Assembly: GCF_964188315.1 (NCBI RefSeq)
Contig: NC_135656.1
Span: 67,022,001 to 67,086,000 of the forward strand
Direction: 5' to 3'
DNA length: 64,000 bases
DNA from: Podarcis muralis
Taxonomy: Eukaryota
Both the position numbers and the translations under genes were made by a program. Shown piece after piece: positions 38,946 through 52,887 of this stretch. Position 1 is the stretch's first letter; each line of letters starts with the position of its first letter. The notes beneath the pieces are model-generated. The model was not told where the DNA came from. It saw nothing but the letters and a program-made list of their open reading frames with translations, and ran no database searches.

Positions 38946-41900
38946 TTAAGCTTTTTTGCATTTTCCATAGTATTTCAGTTTCAGGTTTCCTCCACTTTTG
39001 CTGATGAGAAAAAAAGAAGTAAATAAATATGAGAATTCATAAGTTGCAGCTTTCATTATAACTCCTTAAAGAGAAATACTATATAGATGGGAAAGCTTAT
39101 GCCATCACTGCTCTGTGTCTTGGGGACGGGAAAGGGCTGAGGAAGAATCCTGTCTGAGACCCGGGAAAACAGCTTCCTGTCAGCCTAGCCAATATTGAGC
39201 CAGAAGGACCAATGTCCTTTTCGGGTCTATCACTTTGGGGAAGATTCCCCTTCTCCAGCCTTCACTGTACATCTGTGTCAAACTTCTCTAGCAGCAAATG
39301 TTCAGACTTTTACCTAGTGCAATTTCAAGATCCACATTAAGGAAACACCTAGTGTAGGCCTTTGTTACCTTCAGAATAATGTTCTTATTACCCCCTGATT
39401 CCCTGGTGAGGATTTTTGTTATTTTTCTTCTGTGCCAACCCTACTACCTTTTGTGTTATGTCTGGTATTGTGGGATGGGATAAGTGTTGGGATGCTCCTA
39501 AGGATTTGAGGGCAATTGGTAAGCCCCCAGCTGTCCCCAACCCACGGGCCAACATGCTGGTCGAACTCCAGTCCTTTGTGCAGCATGAATCTGCGACCCA
39601 GAGCTTCAGAAGTTCAGAAGCTGGACACACAACTCAGCAGAGTAAACACACAACAGAAGTGGCAGGGAGAGGCTGTGTAAAGCATATTTACAAGCAGTTT
39701 ATTCAGCATACATCAGGACAAGAGGAAAAACATGTCTTCTCCCCTTCATGTCCAAAAGCAAGCAGCTTAAGCAATAGCTACACACAAACAGAAGTTCCCA
39801 GCAAGTTGTGCTGGAGTTTAAACAGGCATGTGACACACAACAGTCATGCCTGCTCCTCTTAAAGTGGAATGGAATATTCTAACAGATAGAGCCCGTTTGG
39901 GGATATTTCCCCTCCCCATCCCCCTGGATCGCTCTTAGCAGCAGCAACAAGAGTGTCAGGAGGGTGGTGCATGTGAATAGCCCTCCCAAGCCACTCCATC
40001 TTCAAATCAGGGCTACCTACAGATTAGCTCCGCTCACCATGTTCCTTTGGGCCTCATAAACATGACAAAACTCAGGAGAGGGGTGTCCCCCCACTTGACT
40101 TTCCCTTCTACATGGGTGCTGATTCTCTTTTTCTTTTCCGTTCTTTTATTTACATCTCACCATGCTTAGTGCAAATATAATCATGTACTTTATAACTTCC
40201 AACAAAGATGTCTGAGAGGGAAAAAAAGATTCCTGCACTCCAGGAGGTTGGAATACATGACTCTTGGGGTCCCTTTAGACTGCATGATTCTTTGATATAC
40301 TCACATATATGCATTGCAGAATTCACACTGGTTGCCATAGGTCTTGCCATCAGAACCACAGTGGGGATGGTATTCCAAGGTGCATCCTGGTTTTAGATAC
40401 CCTTTGCAATATTCCTGAAGACAAAGGACACAACAGTTTTAAAGGTCCTCCCCACTTAACCTTTGGACTGGAAAGCCTTTCTGATTATCACATGCCTAAG
40501 AAAGAGGCAAAGATGAGGAATGCAAATGACAATTCAACAAGTGTTATATTAAGGTGTGCATTAAAGCACAGAGAAATGCTGATTTATCGTCTTGGCAAGG
40601 AGTGAATTGTGTGATAAAGTTGTTCTCTATTCATCCCAAGTTCCCACTTGGGGCATATGATTTGGTGACATGGTAAGGCCCCATTGCGGGGGCTTAAACC
40701 TGTCAAATTGTAGATAATCAGTGCCTGGGATTTCATGCAAAACACCTTTAAAGTTTAAAATATTGCAGGGTTAGAACAGGTACAAAGTTTTTCAAACTGC
40801 GAAACAAAATTTGCAGACATGGTAGTCCCTTCAGGGAAGATTAATCCTGCCAAATTGTGAGTGAGCAGCTCCAGGGGTTTCATGCTAGACACATTTAATG
40901 GTTGTTTTTGCAAATAAATACTTTTTAAAAACACGCAGTGAGTGCCTGAATTCATAAGACAGTGGCTAAATAATATGCCTGCAAGGTTGGGCGGTCAGCC
41001 TAGTAATAACAGAATAACCCCAGTAGGCTACTACAGAACACAAGCTGAGACTTTCTTACAAATTGTGGGTAGCAACTGGAACTAATAATAATACCACCAA
41101 CTTTTTTTAAAAAGGGATGGGACTAGATATGTGTAATCATGGGAAAAACCCAACTCTTGTATGTTATATTTGTGCCAATGTGTTTTTGTTGCCTGTATTT
41201 TAAATTCTGTTTTCAAAATTGACACACACAGAAACGTTCAGAGAGAGAGAGAGAGGAGAGAGAATATTTTAAAATCCACAAGAAAAATAATTTCACTTAT
41301 CTTAACTCCACGGTACTTCCACGTTCTATCATAAGAATAAATGATTTCCCACTTACCGCTTCCCATGTTGCTTTCACAACAACATCTAGATGCAAAACAC
41401 AGAAAATGTGAAAATTATTTAGAAATTCCATATGTTGAATAATAGTCTATTTGATAACATTTACCCCTTCATGGATCACTGCCTTGCTGTGGCGAAGGAG
41501 CTTGAATAACTCAGAGAAGCTATGAGCTATGCCGTGCAGGGCCACCCAAGATGGACAGGTCATAGTGGAGAGTTTTGACCAAATGTGATCCACCTGGAGC
41601 AGGAACCGGCAAGCCACTCCAGTATCCCTGCCAAGAAAACTCCATGGACAAAGACAAAAGGCATATAAAAGTTATGACGCTGGAAGATAAGCCCCTCAGG
41701 TCGGAAGGCGTCCAACATGCTACTGAGGAAGAGCGGAGGACAAGTACAAGTAGATTCAGAGCTGATGAAGCGGCTGGGCCAAAGCCGAAAAGACGCTCAG
41801 TTGCGGATATGCCTGGAAGCGAAAGGAAAGTCCAATGCTGTAAAGAAAAATATTGCATAGGAACCTGGAATGTAAGAACCATGAACCTTGGTAAGTTGGA

Positions 41901-44900
41901 TGTGGTCAAAAATGAGATGGCAAGAATAAATATTGACATCCTTGGCATCAGTGAACTAAAATGGACGGGAATGGGAGAATTCAGTTTGGATGACCATCAT
42001 ATCTACTACTGTGGGCAAGAATCCCGTAAAAGAAAAGAAGTGGCCCTCATAGTCAACAAAAGAGTGGCAAAATCAGTATTGGGATGCAATCTCAAAAATG
42101 ATAGAATGATCTCGATACGAAGCCAAGGCAGACCTTTTAACATCACAACAATCCAAGTTTATGCACCAACCACTGGTGCTGAAGAAACTGAAATTGACCA
42201 ATTCTATGAAGACTTACACCTTATAGAATTGACACCAAAGAAGGATGTTCTTCTCATTATAGGGGATTGGAATGCTAAAGTAGGGAGTCAAGAGATAAAA
42301 GGAACAACTGGCAAGTTTGGCCTTGGAGTTCAAAATGAAGCAGGGCAAAGGCTAATAGAGTTCTGCCAAGAGAACAAGCTGGTCATCACAAACACTCTTT
42401 TCCAACAACACAAGAGACGACTCTACACATGTACATCACCAGATGGGCAGCATCGAAATCAGATTGATTATATTCTCTGCAGGAAAGATGGAGAAGCTCT
42501 ATACAGTCAGCAAAAACAAGACCTGGAGCTGACTGTGGCTCAGATCATCAGCTTCTTATAGCAAAATTCAAGCTTAAACTGAAGAAAGTAGGAAAAACCA
42601 CTGGGCCAGTAAGATACAATCTAAGTCAAATCTCTTATGAATACACAGTGGAAGTGAGGAACAGGTTTAAGGATTTAGATTTGGTGGACAGAGTGCCGGA
42701 AGAACTATGGATGGAGACTCGCAACATTATACAGGAGGCAGCAACGAAAACCATCCCAATGAAATGGAAATGCAAGAAAGCAAAGTGGCTGTCCAACGAG
42801 GCCTTACAAATAGTGGTGGAGAGAAGGCAAGCAAAATGCGAGTGAGATAGTGAAAGATACAGGAAATTGAATGCAGAGTTCAAAAAAATAGCAAGGAGAG
42901 ACAAGAAGGCCTTCTTAAACGAGCAATGCAAAGAAATAGAGGAAAACAACAGAATGGGAAGAACCAGAGATCTGTTCAAGAAAATTGGAGAGATGAAAGG
43001 AACATTTCGTACAAAGATTACCATAATAAAGGACAAAAGTGGTAAGGACCTAACAGAAGCAGAAGACATCAAGAAGAGGTGGCAAGAATACACAGAGGAA
43101 TTATACCAGAAAGATATGGATGTCTCGTACACCCCAGGTAGTGTGGTTGCTGACCTTGAGCCAGACATCCTGGAGAGTGAAGTCAAATGGGCCTTAGAAA
43201 GCGCTGCAACCAACAAGGCCAGTGGAAGTGATGGTATTCCAGCTGAACTATTTAAAATTTTAAAAGATGATGCTATTAAGGTGCTACACTCAATATGCCA
43301 GCAAGTTTGGAAAACTCAGCAGTGGCCAGAGGACTGGAGAAGATCAGTCTACATCCCAATCCCAAAGAAGGGCAGTGCCAAAGAATGCTCCAACTACCGC
43401 ACAATTGCACTCATTTCACACGCTAGCAAGGTTATGCTTAAAATTCTACAAGAAAGACTCAAGCAGTATGTGGACCGAGAACTCCCAGAAGTGCAAGCTG
43501 GATTTAGAAGAGGCAGAGGAACCAGAGACCAAATCGCAAACATGCGCTGGATTATGGAGAAAGCTAGAGAGTTCCAGAAAGACATCTACTTCTGCTTCAT
43601 TGACTATGCAAAAGCCTTTGACTGTGTCGACCACAGCAAACTATGGCATGTTCTTAAAGAAATGGGAGTGCCTGATCACCTCATCTGTCTCCTGAGAAAT
43701 CTCTATGTGGGACAAGAAGCTACAGTTAGAACTGGATACGGAACAACTGATTGGTTCAAAATTGGGAAAGGAGTATGGCAAGGCTGTATATTGTCCCCCT
43801 GCTTATTTAACTTATATGTAGAATTCATCATACGAAAGGCTGGGCTGGATGAATCCCAAGCCGGAATTAAGATCACCGGAAGAAATATCAACAACCTCAG
43901 ATATGCAGATGACACAACCTTGATGGCAGAAAGTGAGGAGGAATTAAAGAACCTTTTAATGAGGGTGAAAGAGGAGAGCGCAAAATATGGTCTGAAGCTC
44001 AACATCAAAAAAACGAAGATCATGGCCACTGGTCCCATCACCTCCTGACAAATAGAAGGGGAAGAAATGGAGGCAGTGAGAGATTTTACTTTCTTGGGCT
44101 CCATGATCACTGCAGATGGTGACAACAGTCACGAAATTAAAAGACGCCTGCTCCTTGGGAGAAAGGCAATGGTAAACCTAGACAGCATCTTAAAAAGCAG
44201 AGACATCACCTTGCCAACAAAGGTCCGTATAGTTAAAGCCATGGTTTTCCCAGTAGTGACGTATGGAAGTGAGAGCTGGACCATAAAGAAGGCTGATTGC
44301 CGAAGAATTGATGCTTTTGAATTATGGTGCTGGAGGAGACTCTTGAGAGTCCCATGGACTGCAAGAAGATCAAACGCATCCATTCTTAAGGAAATCAGCC
44401 CTGAGTGCTCACTGGAAGGACAGATCGCGAAGCTGAGGCTCCAATACATTGGCCACCTCATGAGAAGAGAAGACTCCCTGGAAAAGACCCTGATGTTGGG
44501 AAAGATTGAGGGCACAAGGAGAAGGGGACGACAGAGGACAAGATGGTTGGATAGTGTTCTCGAAGCTACCAGCATGAGTTTGACCAAACTGCGGGAGGCA
44601 GTGGAAGAGAGAAGTGCCTGGCGTGCTCTGGTCCATGGGGTCACGAAGAGTCGGACACGACTAAACGACTAAACAACAACAATTTCTAGGAACTGAAAAG
44701 TGAGATGCATTGTATCTTTTACATCCTATGTTATCCTAAAAATGCATCTATAATTTGCCTTGGCAATATACAATTTCCTTGAAATGTCACTGAGCATGGA
44801 TAGGAAGACAATCAAATCAATGGGAAATGGTTCAGTCCGTTAACTACACTAAATACAAATAACTGTATATACTGGTTTAATCCATAAACTAACTGGGACC

Positions 44901-45560
44901 CAGTTCTGCTGATTTCCCTTGAAAGCCCGGCTGTGGTGCTTTGCGTGTTTAGAATCATAGCTAGGTTCACTTTTTATGTCAGAAGAGCTACGTGGAGACC
45001 ATGAAGAACGGAGGGTACATGGTAGCTTCAGGGGGCATTAGTGTTTCGAGCCTCAGCTTTCAAAAAGGCTCCTATTGTGTGAATAGTGGTGGGCACCTTG
45101 TGTAGTGTAGAGCCCTGATGGAGAGTACCTTTATTTGATAGAGTAAATCTCACATAGCAAGACATTCATTCTGGTTCTTTCTAGCATGTATGATTTCACA
45201 TAGGAGGAACTTTGAGAACAGACATGTTTCAGTGTTCAAAAGAATGTAGGAAGGTTCAAGTGTGTGTGTGTTTTGGGGGGATGTGTGTCCCTGCCTCCAG
45301 TGTCCCTATGCTTAACAACAATGTCCCCTCCTTCCGTAAACTTTCAGACAGCGAACACAATGGTTTGCGGGGAGATTTTAACTGGATTTAGTCAACACAG
45401 GTGAAACCTTCTTACACTCATCTGAAGACACGAATAGTCTATGGACTGTTTGGTCCCTACACCTCTCCAAGAAAGAGAACTTTTGCAATATGAAATATTA
45501 CTCACCTGAGTACAAAAAGAAGACCATCAGAGTGAGGAGGAGAAAGCTGCTTGGCTTCAT
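38946..45560 (-). CDS. K5: secreted single-domain Kazal inhibitor (SPINK family), intact, P1=Leu; Bov-B in intron 1
   Basis: Exons 45560-45506, 41385-41357, 40414-40305, 39000-38946, all GT-AG. Protein: [82 protein letters not shown]. Confidence 0.9.
41464..44682 (+). mobile_element. Near-full-length Bov-B (RTE) LINE, ~3.2 kb, ORF disrupted
   Basis: RTE-type 5' UTR; APE domain ([26 protein letters not shown]); RT ([26 protein letters not shown]); (CAA)n tail. Frameshift at ~42480 and in-frame TGA at 42843 and 44046. No clear TSD. Confidence 0.95.
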
Positions 45561-48500
45561 GATTTTGCTGGTGGGTTTGGATCTGTTGGCCTCTTAGTGC
45601 TTTTCCAAGCAGTAGATGCTTTTCAGATTCCACTGGTTATGGATGAGGTCTGGTATCTCTTCCATGTATTTATGGAAGTTTCTGCAGCCTTGATGATGAA
45701 ATCTCCCAATTTTTGAGAAATATTTACACATGCAAATGTGATTACACAAGGCTGCAATGTCTTGTACCAGTTTTAATGGTTTCCCTTTCAATGCACATTC
45801 CACGTGTATGCAATAAACATTTGGCAACATTACGGCCTTCTAGTGGGATGATGACATTGCAGGTCACAAGAAATGAGGTACAAACAAATCAGTTTTAGAA
45901 ATGTTGGGATTCTTTTGATCATAGGCAATTGTTTTAGTATAAAGAAAAACAAAGGAGCCTTACTCCTTCAGCATGTAAGCCATAAAATAAAAGAGGTATT
46001 GTTGTCCCAGAAAGTAATACAAACACATTATATACGTCAAACACTTATTATCTTTAATTGATTAAAACCACAGAAGTGGAAAACAAGCACAGAGAAAACA
46101 AGATTTGGTGATAGGAGAAAACAAGCCATGAATGTATGGCGTGAGCATCTTGGATTTCCATTGTTTGAGGCCATTTTCTTCTGAATACAAGTTACTGGGA
46201 AAACAGCAGGTGGGTCCAGTGCTTTTGCCCTCAGGTCCTGCTTCTAGGCATCCCATAGGTATCTGGTTGTCAGCTGTGAAAACAGGATGCTGGGCCAGAA
46301 GAGACACAGGCATGATCCCATATCTTGGCCAAATTTGGAAACAAGAAGCTGGCAAGAGAAAGTCTGGACCTTGGGTCTGGAGAGTTTGGAGGGTTCCAAA
46401 TCTTGGCAGAGCCATTCCCCACTTTGTCGTTCAAAGGAGCTTCCTCTGTTCCTATGTATTTTTACTCAGCATTAAGCCTTATGAAGTAAGGATTCTCTTT
46501 CAAGGAAGAGTGAATAGGATTGAAGCCTGACACTTTATCAGATGTTATCACAACATGGGGGTACTTCCTGCCATTCCCTGCCATAAGCGGATATTCTGAT
46601 GAGCAGTTGAGTTGCCTTCCAGTGGAAAAGGCTGAAGGATGAACACTATTTTCTCTGCTCTGTTGAGATTTCCTTGTGGAACAATACCTGTGAAATTGAG
46701 GAGCTCTTCTGCCTTTCTCTCTCACAAAAACAAGATGGCTGCTGCCTCTAAGAGAAGTCCTAATGAACTTGGCAACTGGGCATATGCAGAACAGGATGAT
46801 GGACCTGGTGGCCCATTGGCCTGATCCAGTAGCTGCTTCTTACATTCCCCTTGTGCAGCAGAACGCTCTCCCCTTCTCTCTTCTCCTTTGCATAGCCTAA
46901 CCTGCCCTAAAAGATTTCCCAAATCCAGCAGAGCAACATAGGCGACACAGTGGGACACCCAGGTGGGGAAAGCAAGGAGGAGAGAAATCCCATTGCATTA
47001 ACATTAATTCTTCTGCTGGCACAATGATGTAGCTGGGTACCCACTTGAATGGCATATATCAATTCATATGATGGCAACTGAATTTTCAATGTGTACTTTT
47101 CTCGCATTTCTCTGTCTCTTTTTTATTTTCTTCTACTAAAAATCAAAAGAAAAGAAAGGTATTATGACAGGGGGTGGGTCCTAGTCTCAGTGTCTAACTA
47201 ATCACCTGTCTGTGTACAGGTGTGTTTTTTTGGGTTTTTTAATCTGCAGAACTCAATTGCCAGAAGTCAGAAATGTCATACTCGAAAGGGAGAAGATTCT
47301 GCTGATTGTTTGACTCAGTTCCCTGATAGTGCGTTATTAGTAACAAACTTCAAGACTGAGCTCTTGCCCAAATCATATAATATTTTTAAGAATAGATAAT
47401 ACACAAATAAATGTATGGAGAGTTTGATAATGTTGCTGAGCTTATTTATTGATAAACCGAATCAAGGTGTTGTGAGATATTCACTGGCTCACAGAAGATA
47501 AGCAAAGCGAAGAATGGATTTTTTTTTTTGTGGTGATGCGATGAGTGAAGCTTAAAGAGAAATGGGACTTCTTTTGTAGATGTTTCATAGTCTTGTGCAT
47601 CTTAAGCTTTTTTGCATTTTCCATAGTATTTCAGTTTCAGCTTTCTTCCACTTTTGCTGATGAGGAAAAAAGAAGTAAATAAATATGAGAATTCATAAGT
47701 TGCAGCTTTCATTATAACTCCTTAAAGAAAAATACTATATAGATGGGAAAGCTTATGCCATAATTGCTATGTGTCTTGGGGACGGGAAAGGGCTGAGGAA
47801 GAATCCTGTCAGAGACCCTGGAAAACTACTTCCCGTCAGCCTAGCCAATATTGATCACGAGGGACTAATGCTCTTTTCAGGTCTACCATTTATGGAAGAT
47901 TCCCCTTCTCCCGCCTTTATCGTACATCTGTGTCAAACCTCTCTAGCAGCAAATGTTCAGACTTTTACCTAGTGCAATTTCAAGACCCACATTAAGGAAA
48001 CACCTAGTGTAGGCCTTTGTTACCTTCAGAATAATGTTCTTATTACCCAATGATGAGGATTTTTGTTATTTTTCTTCTGGGCCAACCCTACTACCTTTTG
48101 CGTTGTGTCTCGCCTTGTGGGATGGCAATAGTGTTGGGATGCTCCTAAGGAATCGGGGATAATTGGCAAGCACCCAGCTGGCCCTAGCCCACGGGCCAAC
48201 ATGCCGGTCAAACTTCAGTCCTTTGTGCAGCATGAATCTGTGACCCAGAGGTTCAGAAGTTCAGAAGCTGGGCACGCAACTCAGCAGAGTAAACGCACAA
48301 CAGAAGCGGGAGGGAGAGGCTTTGTAAAGAATATTTGTAAGCTGTTTATTCAGCATACATCAGGACAAAAGGAAAAACATGTCTTCTCCCCTTCATGTCC
48401 AAAAGCAAGCAGCTTAAGCGATAGCTACACACAAACGGAAGTTCGCAGCAAGCTGTGCTGGAGTGTAAACAGGCATGTGACACACAACAGTCATGCCTGT

Positions 48501-49527
48501 TCCTCTTAAGATGGAATGGAATATTCTAACAGATGGGCCATTTGGGCCTATTTCCCCTCCCCACCCCCCTGGATCACTCTTAGCAGCAGCAACAAGAGTG
48601 TCAGGAGGGTGGTGCATGTGAATAGCCCTCCCAAGCCACTTCATCTTCAAATTCAGGGCTACCTACAGATTAGCTCTGCTCACCATATTCCTTTGGGCCT
48701 CATAAACAAGACAAAACTCAGGGCCATGGGCTAGAACCCCACATTGTGCAAAATGATTCCAGCACTGCCCGGGGGGGGGGGTGTCCCCCGCTTGACTTTC
48801 CCTTCTACATGGGTGCTGATTCTCAATTTCTTTTTATTTCATTTATTTACATCTCACCATGCTTAGTGAAAATATAATCATGTACTTTTTAACTTCCAAC
48901 AAAGATGTCTGAGAGGGAAAAAAAGATTCCTGCACTCCAGGAGGTTGGACTACATGACTCTCGGGGTCCCTTTAGACTGCATGATTCTATGATATACTCA
49001 CAAATATGCATTGCAGAAGTCACACTGGTTGCCATAGGTCTCGCCATCAGAACCGCAGTGGGGACGTTTCTCAAAGATGCATGCTGGGTTTGGATGCCCT
49101 TTGCAATATTCCTGAAGATGAAGGACACAACACTTTTAGAGGTCCTCCCCACTTAACCTTTGGACTGCAAGGCCTTTCTGATTATGACATGCCTAAGAAA
49201 GAGGCACAAATGAGGAATACACCAAGTGTTATATTCAGTTATGCATTCAAGCACAGGAAATGCTGATTCATCGTCCTGGCAAGCAGGGAATTGTGTGATA
49301 ATGTTGTTCTCTATTCATCCCAAGTTCCCTCTTGGGGCATGTGATTCGGTGACATGGTAAGGCCCCATTGTGGGTGCTTAAACTTGTCAAATTATAGATT
49401 GTCGGTGCCAGGGATTTCATGCAAGACACCTTTAAAGTTTAAAATACTGCAGGGTTAGAACAGGGACAAAGTTTTTCACACTGCCAAACAAAATTTGCAG
49501 ACATGGTAGCTCCTTCAGGGAAGATTA

Positions 49528-49913
49528 CCATATTTTTCGTCCCATAGGACGCACTGGCCCATAGGACGCACCTAGTTTTTGGGGGGGGAAAGAAAGGGGG
49601 GGAAATTCCCTTTATTTCCCCCCCAAAACCAGTTCGGAGAATCCAAACCAGGTGGGGGACCAGCGGGATGGCGGCGCTGCGCCTCCCCGCTGTCCCCTGA
49701 GCTTGTGGGGCTGCCTGATGTCTGCCCGAAGTGCGGGGCGCTCTGCTTCAGCGCTCCCCACGCTCCATGCAGCAGGCTGCTATCCACAGCCTAGGGAGCC
49801 CTGTGGGAACTCCAAGCTTCAGCGAAAGCCTGCATTCGCCCCATAGGACGCACACAGATTTCCCCTTCATTTTTGGAGGGGAAAAATTGCATCCTATAGG
49901 GTGAAAAATACGG
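49528..49913. mobile_element. Tc1/mariner-superfamily MITE in K6 intron 2
   Basis: Imperfect ~26-bp TIRs (CCATATTTTTCGTCCCATAGGACGCA / TGCATCCTATAGGGTGAAAAATACGG), TA duplication, and absent from paralogs (GATTAATCCTG). Confidence 0.88.
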
Positions 49914-50788
49914 TAATCCTGCCAGATTATGAGTGGGCAGCTCCAGGGGTTTCATGCTAGACACATTTAACAGTTGTTTTTGCAAATAAATGCTTAAAAA
50001 AAAAAACACACAGTGTGTGCCTGGATTCATAAGACAGTGGCTAAATAATATGCCTGCAAGGTTGGGCGGTCTGTCTAGTAATAACAGAATAACCCCAGTA
50101 GGCTACTACAGAACACAAGGTGAGACATTCTTACAAATTGTGGGTAGCAACTGGAACTAATAATAATTCCACCGCCTTTTTTTTAAAAAAGGGATGGGAC
50201 TAGAGATGTGAAATCATGGGGGAAATCCAGCACTTGTATGTTTTATTTGTGTTGATGTGTTTTTGTTGTCTGTATTATAAATTCTATTTTAAAAATTCAC
50301 ACACACACACACACAAAATAATTTAAAATTCCACAAGAAATATATTTCACTTATCTTAACTCCATGCTACTTCCATGTTCTATCATAAGAATAAATGATT
50401 TCCCACTTATCGCTTCCCATGTTGCTTTCACAACAACATCTAGATGCAAAACATAGATAATGTGAAAATGATTTAGCAAATCCATATGTTGAATAATAGT
50501 CCATTTGATAACATTTATTTCTAGTAACCGAAAAATGGGATGCACTGTATCTTGTACATCCTATGTTATCCTAAAAGTGCCTTGGCAATATGCAATTTCC
50601 TTTAAATGTCACTGAGCATGGATAGGAAGACAAGCAAATCAATGGGAAATGGTTCAGTCTGTTAACTATAATAATTACAAATAACTGTATATACTGGTTT
50701 AGTCCATATCTAACTGGGACCCAGTTCTGTTGATTTCCCTTGAATGCCTGGCTGTGGTGCTTTGTGTGTTTATCATCATGGCTAGGTC

Positions 50789-52887
50789 GACTTCCGGGGT
50801 GGCGCCTCCGGCAATGGCGGACTCCCTCTGAAACGGAGGGACAAGCTCCGCACGAAACGGGTCTTTCCCGCTACGGCGAAGCGGGGACTCTTTAGAAATC
50901 ACAGGCGGATGAAGCCTGTGACCCTGGGACTCGGCGGGCACCCTTAGTGCCCCCCCAACCCGCAAAGGAGCTCAATAACGGGCCCCGAAGCGAAGAGGAG
51001 GAAGTGGTGTGGTGCTGAGAGTCTACCGCTATTTCCGTGGAGCGAAGCCACACAGCCGTTGCCGGAGAGCGCTGCCTTCTTCTTGGACAATTTGGACTTT
51101 AAAAACAACCACTGTGAGTACCTAAACTCGGGAAAATCGAACCACAATTTAAGGAACTGGGAAAAGAAAGGAATTGGACTCAAAAAGGCACTACAATTCT
51201 GTACTGAAACGGGAAGGTCTAACAGGAAGTCAACCTTCCTTTTTTTGTAGTCTGAACAAAGCAAAGACAAAGTAAACTAGAGTTTTGAAAACTATTTTAA
51301 AGGAGTGGATTTCATCATCTAAAATAGCATCATCTAAAATAGCTGAACCCCCCCTTCGGCAGCAGGAGAAGAAGGGGGTGCTTTCTTTGGACTGTTTTAT
51401 CCTGCAGAAGTAAGTTTAAAATAAAGTAATTTTCTGCCGTCCTGACCCAGGGAGCGGGGTGTCAGGACTGACGTTTGAAGCTCATTGACCACGACAGAAG
51501 CTGTTTGACAGATAGCTAAAAGAAGAAAAAAAGCTGCGATTCCACTGTTTCTTTTTGTAACTTTAAACTAACAACGATTGACAAAGTATTTAAAAGTAAA
51601 AGAAACTTTGGGGCTGGATTTGTAACAGAAGTTTTCCCTCTAGGGGGAGATAGTGAAACTGTAACTAGGGATTTCCCAGCCGTTACAGTATAACCTGTGG
51701 GAATTGAATGGTGACCTTGAAGGACAATGTACTCAGAAATGTTGTTGTGCGCTTTTCTCAAAACAAATGCTCTACTGGAAGAATTTCATGAGGGAATGAA
51801 TTTGATGACTGACTTGGTTGGGAACCTTAAGCAGACTGTGGGAAATCTTGGACAGGCAGTAGAAAAAGGTATGGAGTTTACCCAGGATTTATACCAAGAT
51901 TGTGCCTTATTAGAACAGAAGAAAGAAGAGGATTCTGCTGAACCTGGGGAGTCAGAAATGGAGCCACAGACGGAGGTTGCGGCCCTGCAGGAACATGAAT
52001 CTTTGGAATTGGCAACTGGCTTTCGAAAAAATCAGACTCGGAAAGAAGAAGTTTGGATCGAACTGGAAATTGGGGTTGGATGGACCCCCCTGAGCAGGGA
52101 CATATGGACTTTCCGAGTCTGGTAGTGGACTGTGAGAGGTTTGGAGATATGGGGATTCCAAAGTCTGGAGGGGCTTTGAAACATGCTTTTAAGTACTACA
52201 TGGAGCTCAGTTTGGACTGTGGAAAAGGGACCTTTTGGTTGGAAGGAGGCAAAAGCATTATTAAATTGGAGATTACACGAGTGAAAAGAAAATATGAAGA
52301 AAAACAGTGGAAGGGATGTGGAAGAGATTTAAGAGCCTCGGATATTAGGTCATCAGGTTAATGTGCCAGTTTAATGGACAAATGGACTGACGAACCCGGG
52401 ACCTGGGGGATGGGACGTTGGATGAAGATTTTCTCTTTTTTCTTCCTATTTTTTGTTATTAGGATTATTCTACATAATTGATGAATACTAGATGGATGGA
52501 TGAAATGAAATTGCTTGGCTCTGGTATAAAAGTTTAAGGGATTAGGAAAGAATATAATGGTTAAGAGAAGTTACTAAAAATAAGATTTAGGTTAAGGTTT
52601 TTATAGGACAATGAGGAGAATAGAGTAAGGTAATGTAATGAAAGATTAGAATAGGGTAAAAACTTGAAGGTAAGGATTTGCTGAACTGACAAATTGAACT
52701 GGAATACAAAAAAGGGAGGTTTGAGGAGGTCTGGGAAAATAAGTGTATGGAAGATATGTTATGAAAATTAATGTGTTTTTAACTGTTTTTATTTTGTATG
52801 TTTTTCTTTTTTGTATTTTCTTTTTTTTTCACTTTTCTTGTTATAACTTGGAAAACTCTAATAAAATATCTTTAAAAAAAATATAGA
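50789..52887 (+). mobile_element. 2.1-kb non-autonomous L1-like retroposon in K6 intron 1
   Basis: 14-bp TSD ATCATGGCTAGGTC at 50775-50788 and 52888-52901. CpG-rich 5' end (GACTTCCGGGG...AATGGCGG), short coiled-coil-like ORF 51727-52125, T-rich 3' UTR, AATAAA and A-tail; no EN or RT motifs seen. Confidence 0.7.
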
